A DNA stretch of 32,000 nucleotides, taken from positions 17,498 through 49,497 of the forward strand of contig NZ_JAEELZ010000041.1 in the NCBI RefSeq assembly GCF_016282985.1. The letters run 5' to 3'. The notes below the pieces were generated by a model, which had not been told where the DNA came from, searched no databases, and saw only the letters and a program-made list of their open reading frames with translations. The translations under genes were made by a program, and so were the position numbers. Positions 27,601-32,000 of this stretch are shown here, in pieces; the stretch's first letter is position 1, and each line of letters starts with the position of its first letter. Source of the stretch: Methanosphaera sp. GTDB taxonomy: Archaea > Methanobacteriota > Methanobacteria > Methanobacteriales > Methanobacteriaceae.

Positions 27601-30600
27601 ATATCTTTATTTATCCGAAGATAATGATTGGACTGGTAACATAATCTTACCTGTGTATAATTATAGAACCGGTGCTGAAATAACAAACTATAATTTCAGA
27701 TCCAGTAATGGAAATGCAACTTTGGTACTAACTAATGTAACTATTTCTGATGGAGTTAAAAATATTAAGGTAGTACTTAATAATGAAGCTTTAAAAGAAG
27801 AATGGGTTACAGTAGCATTAACAGAAGACGGTTATGAATTCAGGGGAGAACTATTAAATACAGAGAATCCTGAATGTACTTTCGCTGATTTAATCAATTA
27901 TAATGAGGAAGGTAATGAAATTAATTACAATTTAACCATGAGAAGATATGGATGTATTAATGTAATTAATTACACTATCAATGAAACAGGTATTCCTGGT
28001 GAATACACAGTTAAAATAACAAATCATAGTGAAGAAATTAATCCTTTAATGCCAACAAGGGAACAAAATTCAGAAAAATATGTCCATGAATTAATTAATC
28101 CTTTAAATAATCTTTCAACAAGTTTCGAAATTGTAAACACATATGAATTAACCAACTTGACAGTTAAAAAAGTCTGGGATGATTCTGATGATAAAGATGG
28201 TCTAAGACCAAAAAGTATTCAAGTACACATTTATTCTGAAGAAACAGGATATGATGAGGTTATAGTTTTAAACAAAAACAATAACTGGACCAAGACCATA
28301 ACAAAATTACAAAAATATGGTAAAGACTCTTCATTAATACAATATAATGTAGAAGAATTGGAAGTTCCAAATGAATATGCTGTCAGTGTAAAAGAAGATT
28401 CATATAACTTTACAATAACAAATACTCACATACCCGAAATGTTAAGTATATCCGTTGAAAAAGTCTGGAACGATTCTGATGATATTGAAGGCTTCAGACC
28501 ATCAAATGTCACAATTAAAGTTTTAGCTAATGGAGAACAATACGGTGATGAAATCATTCTAACCAATGAAACAAATTGGTCTTATAATGTAACAGGTCTT
28601 CCAAAATACTTAAATGGAAAATTAATGAACTACACTATTGAAGAAATAGTTCCAGAACATTATAATGTTTCTTATAACATATCAAATGTGGATGAAAATA
28701 AGAAAATACCTACAAAAGCACGTGTGGAACTTGTTTCATTTGATACTAATGCTATTACATATCGTATATTTGTTACAAATTTAACAAATGATCTTGTTAA
28801 ATCTGGAAATATCGAGGTTATTGATAAAGAGGGCAATGTTAATGCTACTGGTGAATTATCCGAGGGTTATGTTGATATTCTATGGTCATTAAGTAAAGAT
28901 TTTGAAGTTACAGTTAACTATCTAGGAAATGATGAATATCTTGAAAGTAATACTACTATCAAGGAATCAGAAGTACTTGTTGAATATATGGGTCCGGGAG
29001 TATTGCCATATCTAATGACTGACGGTATTTGGGGATATTGTATTCAGAGAGGAGCACAAGATCCAAACAATGAAATAGGTTCTGATGGTGATACTCCAGT
29101 TTGGATGCCATATAAAAAAATTGCAATGACTAATGAAACCATAATGAATCCAAGAACTCATGAAGATGTACTACCATATATTCGTACATTACTGTTCTAT
29201 CATGCTAAAGATGGTGAAAATTTCACATTAATGGATAATGGTTTGGCAGCTAATATTAATGATCCTAGTATATATATATTTTTAGAGGGCAACAGAACTC
29301 ATTCTGATGGTAGGTATGTAGGCACCCATTATGAGGATCGTAGTACTTATAGTGGTCCTGGGGGGACTGCAGAACTTAATCAAAAAGAAGGTGATGCAGT
29401 TTATGAAGTTTACCAAATGGTTCAAAATGGTAATGCTATTGGAAATAAAGGTGTAGTTAATTATACAGAAAATGGAAAATGGATGTATCAATTTTATTTA
29501 TACAAACCTTTATTACACAGTGCTTGGCAGAGTCTAATTGGTCTAGAATATTATTTTGTTCCTCTAGAACCTAATTACGAAGTAGAAATTATCAATACTC
29601 ACATTCCTGAAAATGTTACTATAAATGTAACCAAAGTATGGAATGACACTGATAATCAGGATGGTATGCGTCCAGTAAACGTTACAGTTGCTTTATTTAA
29701 GGATGGTATTTTAAATGATACTATTGTATTAAATGAATCTAACGGTTGGATGGGTAATTTTACAGATTTACCAAAATATGCTAATGCCCATTTAATTAAT
29801 TATACTGTTAATGAAACGAAAGTTCCTGTAAATTATACTCAAGAAGTTTCAAATTCAGGTAACAATTATACAATTACCAATACTCACATTCCATTAGTAA
29901 CAAGTTTAAATGTTACAAAAAAATGGGATGATAAAAATAATACTGATGGAAAAAGACCTGATGTTATATTAGTTCAGTTATATGCTAATAATGTAACAAA
30001 AGGTGAACCGATATCATTATATAGTGGTAATAATTGGACTTATGTATTTGAAAACTTGGATAAATACAGCAATGGTGTTTTAATCAATTATACTGTTGAT
30101 GAGATAACGGTTCCTGAAGGTTATACTAAAACCATTACAAACAAATCCAATAACTTTACTATAAAGAACACTCATGTTCCTGAAAAAACTACTGTTAACG
30201 TGACTAAGGTATGGAATGATGTTAACAATACTGATGGTTTAAGACCTGTCAGTGTAAACATCACTTTGGTTATTGATGGTAAAAAATCAGATCAGACTGT
30301 TCAGATTAATGCTACTAATTGGACGTATACTTTTGAAAACTTACCAAAATATCGTGACAATGGTACATTAATTAAATATAATGTAACAGAAGAAAAAGTA
30401 GAGAACTATGAAACTACTATTGTATTCTGTGAAGGTATTTTCAAAGTAATCAACTCACATATTCCTGAAAATACTTCAGTAAATGTGACTAAAGTTTGGA
30501 ATGACAATAATAACCAGGATGGTGTTCGTCCTGCTAACGTAACAGTGCAGTTATTACGTGATGGTAAAGAATACAATTCCACAGTATTATCCGAGAATAA

Positions 30601-32000
30601 TAATTGGTATGCTGTATTCAACAATTTACCTAAATATCATGATGAAGGTAAAGAGTACAAATATACTATTATAGAAGTTGCTATTCCTGGTTACTCTGGC
30701 GTTGTTACAAATGTTTCAACAGAATTCACAGTAAACAACACTCACATTCCTGAAAATACTTCAGTAAATGTAAGTAAAGTTTGGAATGATGCAGATAACA
30801 ATGATGCTCTTCGTCCAAACAATGTAACTATAACTTTGGTTATAGATGGTGTTGTAAGTGACAATAAAGTACAAATTAACAGTACAAACTGGAACTACAC
30901 ATTTGAAAACCTTCCTAAGTATCGTGATGGTGGAATTTTAATAGTGTATAATGTTACCGAGGATGCTGTTGAGGATTACACTACTGATATTGTCTTCTGT
31001 GAAGGTAGATTCAAGGTTATCAACACTCATGTTCCTGAAGTTGTTAACAAAACAGTTAACAAGGTTTGGGATGATGCTGATAACAGGGATAATATGAGAC
31101 CTTCTAAAGTTACCATTAAATTGAAATCAAATGATGGTAATGAGTATGTTGCAGTTATTGAGGAAGTTAACGGAAAATGGAATTACACATTCACTGATTT
31201 ACCAAAATATGCAAATGGTAAATTAATTGAATATACAGTAGAGGAAAGTGTTGTTCCTGATGGTTATGATGTTGAATATGATCAGGATACATTAACAATA
31301 ACCAACATTCATGAATTCTTAACTAAGGAAATAAATGTTGTTAAAGTATGGGATGATGCTGATACAGCTAAAGATCGTCCTGAAAATATTACAGTCTTCT
31401 TAGTTGCTGATGACGAAGTTGTTGCCAATCTTACTTTAACTGGTGATAAATGGACTGATAAGTTCGCAGACTTGCCAGTATATAAAGAAGGAGAAGTTGG
31501 TGTGGAAATTGTTTACTCAATTAAAGAGTTAACAGTTGCTAACTACACAACTGTAATAACAAACATTAGCGATGATTGGACCATTACCAACACTCACATT
31601 CCAGAACTTGTAGATATTACAATCAACAAAGTATGGAACGATAACAATAATCAGGACGCTTTAAGAACTAATGTTACCATAATTCTTAAGGCCGAGGGTG
31701 TAAACGTTCAAAATGGAACAGTTCAAGTCAACAGTACTGATGACTGGACATACACATTCAGTAATTTACCTAAGTATGCAAATGGTAAAGAAATAGTTTA
31801 CACAATTGAAGAGGTTGTACCTTATGGTTACACCGTAACAATTGAAGGTTATACTATTACCAACACCCATGAAGTATACACCAAGGAAATTAACGTGACA
31901 AAAGTTTGGAATGATAACAATGATAATGACAATGCCAGAATGGATGTTGTTGTTGAATTACTGGCTGATGGTGAAAAGGTAGATGAAACCACTCTTAATG
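24602..32000 (+). CDS. Giant secreted adhesin-like protein (more than 2,466 aa, 3' end outside window): signal peptide, N/T/S-rich linker, three thioester-domain-like modules, many Cna-B-type repeats
   Basis: This ORF is not in the supplied track. AAGGAG (24591-24596) is followed by a 5-nt spacer and ATG 24602. I translated every codon through 27300 and from 27301 to 29940, and read the rest by eye; I found no in-frame stop to base 32000. The signal peptide is MKFNKKYCLLFLMTVLVLLLGAGMVSA. All track ORFs in this span are short and antisense or out of frame. Confidence 0.9.
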   Translation, partial: MKFNKKYCLLFLMTVLVLLLGAGMVSASEAGSDVQVIKDNQVLSTPDNYDVDKVVQSDRILTKSEANVEKTSTKDDTKNNIKSNIDTFVNTSKTNGDNQTIANDKSHGAKISVNEISGRTLNIAGLENSGLLQETIDVKKISVSDTNSMSLNEDMTPIFKDNAEVSSNDGIDINTKSNNQLQETDKTIVKENLNQNVKTADGEDSDERYSVIVFDEQYQRVIYQKPWLMNDTTWVFSLGAGENQGSGANQNLTPAYQYSSKPVGIYKRIKLTDDYEIIHPITGENILPYVRTLIYNNFDIGVIGSHSNDLQIVVSKFSNPKINYTNITSIPTQSVYNGTIRDYVNRTINQVQSGNAVSSSGKYKDSDFLTYQFYLYKADEELNEYHHFDAIGFQILSNINVKKIWNDTNHTSERPDNVTVKLYADGNNIKNITLNESNDWKGNFTDLPVYAIDENPNPLNSSNCRITVEPIELVDLNIRRTSTGTWYYNITANGESIMGVFTLSYSSKSVFYRNLPKYDSNGNEIVYGAIRTNSAGKIYSATQNYFTVTTTDKTGQNITIQVYNKSENETMHLGLYRNGSLCNEFNASGDNYTFAFLRADSTSSYELVRYDIMHVVNYTIGEVADPDVYDQIINVTTVDIGPLHNSLRTSIISNDFLVYKDNLNPLIKDITITNTYPNRPKIWDNIGLKYITSEDSIVSDGNYSTLSYWYKYNVYYYWDSYALPFLMNDTTWAYCIEPSNRAQPNGLYGEGLLPGSFKRLTLTNEKIIHPVTGEDILPYLRTALYYHFNDTENFTTQSGGKPQIRWLLYAFTGGYNYTDPNAPESMETYRADGPTRMEFVREIMDLVKSGKGINNTGSFYGSDYLTYQFYIYYTETDNIEDHYQNTIGFNILTKINVTKDWKDFDNIDNTRPENITVDLLADNVVVANATLNSTNGWKYNFTDLPVYKIYNEEVKEPDFTVTTTTAEAWNVTVKLNWVDGTPTADHVIVYPIKGSQYLQPYLYLSEDNDWTGNIILPVYNYRTGAEITNYNFRSSNGNATLVLTNVTISDGVKNIKVVLNNEALKEEWVTVALTEDGYEFRGELLNTENPECTFADLINYNEEGNEINYNLTMRRYGCINVINYTINETGIPGEYTVKITNHSEEINPLMPTREQNSEKYVHELINPLNNLSTSFEIVNTYELTNLTVKKVWDDSDDKDGLRPKSIQVHIYSEETGYDEVIVLNKNNNWTKTITKLQKYGKDSSLIQYNVEELEVPNEYAVSVKEDSYNFTITNTHIPEMLSISVEKVWNDSDDIEGFRPSNVTIKVLANGEQYGDEIILTNETNWSYNVTGLPKYLNGKLMNYTIEEIVPEHYNVSYNISNVDENKKIPTKARVELVSFDTNAITYRIFVTNLTNDLVKSGNIEVIDKEGNVNATGELSEGYVDILWSLSKDFEVTVNYLGNDEYLESNTTIKESEVLVEYMGPGVLPYLMTDGIWGYCIQRGAQDPNNEIGSDGDTPVWMPYKKIAMTNETIMNPRTHEDVLPYIRTLLFYHAKDGENFTLMDNGLAANINDPSIYIFLEGNRTHSDGRYVGTHYEDRSTYSGPGGTAELNQKEGDAVYEVYQMVQNGNAIGNKGVVNYTENGKWMYQFYLYKPLLHSAWQSLIGLEYYFVPLEPNYEVEIINTHIPENVTINVTKVWNDTDNQDGMRPVNVTVALFKDGILNDTIVLNESNGWMGNFTDLPKYANAHLINYTVNETKVPVNYTQEVSNSGNNYTITNTHIPLVTSLNVTKKWDDKNNTDGKRPDVILVQLYANNVTKGEPISLYSGNNWTYVFENLDKYSNGVLINYTVDEITVPEGYTKTITNKSNNFTIKNTHVPEKTTVNVTKVWNDVNNTDGLRPVSVNITLVIDGKKSDQTVQINATNWTYTFENLPKYRDNGTLIKYNVTEEKVENYETTIVFCEGIFKVINSHIPENTSVNVTKVWNDNNNQDGVRPANVTVQLLRDGKEYNSTVLSENNNWYAVFNNLPKYHDEGKEYKYTIIEVAIPGYSGVVTNVSTEFTVNNTHIPENTSVNVSKVWNDADNNDALRPNNVTITLVIDGVVSDNKVQINSTNWNYTFENLPKYRDGGILIVYNVTEDAVEDYTTDIVFCEGRFKVINTHVPEVVNKTVNKVWDDADNRDNMRPSKVTIKLKSNDGNEYVAVIEEVNGKWNYTFTDLPKYANGKLIEYTVEESVVPDGYDVEYDQDTLTITNIHEFLTKEINVVKVWDDADTAKDRPENITVFLVADDEVVANLTLTGDKWTDKFADLPVYKEGEVGVEIVYSIKELTVANYTTVITNISDDWTITNTHIPELVDITINKVWNDNNNQDALRTNVTIILKAEGVNVQNGTVQVNSTDDWTYTFSNLPKYANGKEIVYTIEEVVPYGYTVTIEGYTITNTHEVYTKEINVTKVWNDNNDNDNARMDVVVELLADGEKVDETTLN
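25225..25795 (+). other. TED-like module 1 (degenerate: Ser and Asp at the positions of the Cys and Gln in modules 2/3)
   Basis: It is paralogous to modules 2 and 3, sharing LMNDTTW, IIHPITGENILPYVRT, LTYQFYLY and AIGF. It has WVFSLG (Ser codon 25310-25312) and HHFDAIGF (Asp codon 25766-25768). Confidence 0.5.
26752..27285 (+). other. TED-like module 2 (putative internal Cys-Gln thioester domain)
   Basis: It has NDTTWAYCIEPS (Cys codon 26804-26806) and DHYQNTIGF (Gln codon 27251-27253), with the Gln 149 residues after the Cys. A Cna-B-type domain follows directly. Confidence 0.5.
28148..28690 (+). repeat. Two Cna-B-type domain repeats (coding)
   Basis: Repeat 1: LTVKKVWDDSDDKDGLRP...NW...KLQKYG...YNVEELEVPNEY...FTITNTH. 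Repeat 2: ISVEKVWNDSDDIEGFRP...NW...GLPKY...YTIEEIVPEHY. Confidence 0.75.
28982..29575 (+). other. TED-like module 3 (putative internal Cys-Gln thioester domain)
   Basis: It has DGIWGYCIQRG (Cys codon 29039-29041) and SAWQSLIGL (Gln codon 29528-29530), with the Gln 163 residues after the Cys. It is flanked by Ig-like/Cna-B domains. Confidence 0.5.
29596..32000 (+). repeat. Tandem array of nine Cna-B-type domain repeats (last one truncated by the window edge), period ~272-290 bp
   Basis: The T-H-(I/V)-P / I-H-E-F / T-H-E-V linkers start at 29596, 29881, 30171, 30454, 30741, 31024, 31306, 31592 and 31864. Each unit reads V.KVW(N/D)D..N.D..RP..V.(V/I).L.......NW.Y.F..LPKY..G..I.Y.V.E..VP.GY......(I/V).N(T/S)H. 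Confidence 0.85.

Noticed and set aside
26752-29575. Alternative reading of the Cys-containing modules as transglutaminase-like or papain-like cysteine protease domains, which are common on methanogen adhesin-like proteins
   Set aside because: Not fully excluded, and kept as the main alternative. I favour the thioester interpretation for three reasons. The Cys context is W-x-Y-C-I-(E/Q) and not the G-x-C-x-x-(F/Y)-A typical of the transglutaminase core. The Cys co-varies with a Gln ~150-165 residues downstream and not with an obvious His/Asp pair. The modules are followed directly by Cna-B stalk domains, as in bacterial thioester adhesins.
24636-30624. Track ORFs 24636..24833 (-), 24919..25119 (-), 26079..26276 (+), 29282..29491 (-) and 30406..30624 (-)
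   Set aside because: All lie within the giant ORF starting at 24602, on the opposite strand or in a different frame. The giant frame has a signal peptide, a Shine-Dalgarno sequence and repeated recognisable domains, so these are spurious.
29596-32000. Regular ~285-bp periodicity that could look like a CRISPR array or satellite
   Set aside because: The period is far longer than a CRISPR repeat plus spacer. The units are diverged at synonymous positions, lie in one continuous open reading frame, and encode Cna-B-type domains. There are no short identical direct repeats with unique spacers.

Overview
AT-rich (about 30% GC by eye) archaeal chromosome segment. The gene content fits a pseudomurein-containing methanogen of the Methanobacteriales (Methanobrevibacter/Methanosphaera-like): fibrillarin plus Nop5, Hjc resolvase, GatD/GatE, a MurT-like Mur ligase, and large Asn/Thr-rich adhesin-like proteins. 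Positions 1-23.7 kb are mostly housekeeping genes: a QueE-like radical-SAM fragment, three tandem CBS-domain proteins, pheA, coaBC, flpA-nop5, pyrD-pyrK, hjc, a hotdog thioesterase, a 712-aa adhesin-like protein, bacterial-type gdhA, an AAA ATPase/small ORF/trxB operon, the MurT-like ligase, gatE-gatD and a universal stress protein. The most interesting part is 23.7-32 kb. An ~0.9 kb, extremely AT-rich non-coding region is followed by a giant ORF starting at 24602, which stays open to the window edge (more than 2,466 codons). The supplied ORF track does not list it. My translation shows a signal peptide, then three paralogous ~190-aa modules, then long runs of Cna-B-type repeats. Two of the modules carry a [Y]-C-I-[E/Q] motif and a Gln 149-163 residues downstream, like the internal thioester domains (TEDs) of Gram-positive covalent adhesins. 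The third module has lost both residues together. All complete Cna-B repeats keep a Lys/Glu/Asn isopeptide-type triad. This suggests an archaeal thioester/isopeptide covalent adhesin, which I cannot confirm without HMM or structure tools. Other signals: (i) a repeat family with an identical 18-mer core (AAGTTATAACTTATAACT, containing a 12-bp perfect palindrome), placed just past oligo-T terminators in four intergenic regions; (ii) a GGAA-N6-TTCC palindrome, the NrpR nitrogen-operator consensus, just downstream of a TATA box in the gdhA promoter; (iii) gdhA being bacterial-type and compositionally distinct from its neighbours. I saw no rRNA, tRNA, CRISPR or transposase. All family assignments come from motif recognition by eye; no database search was run.
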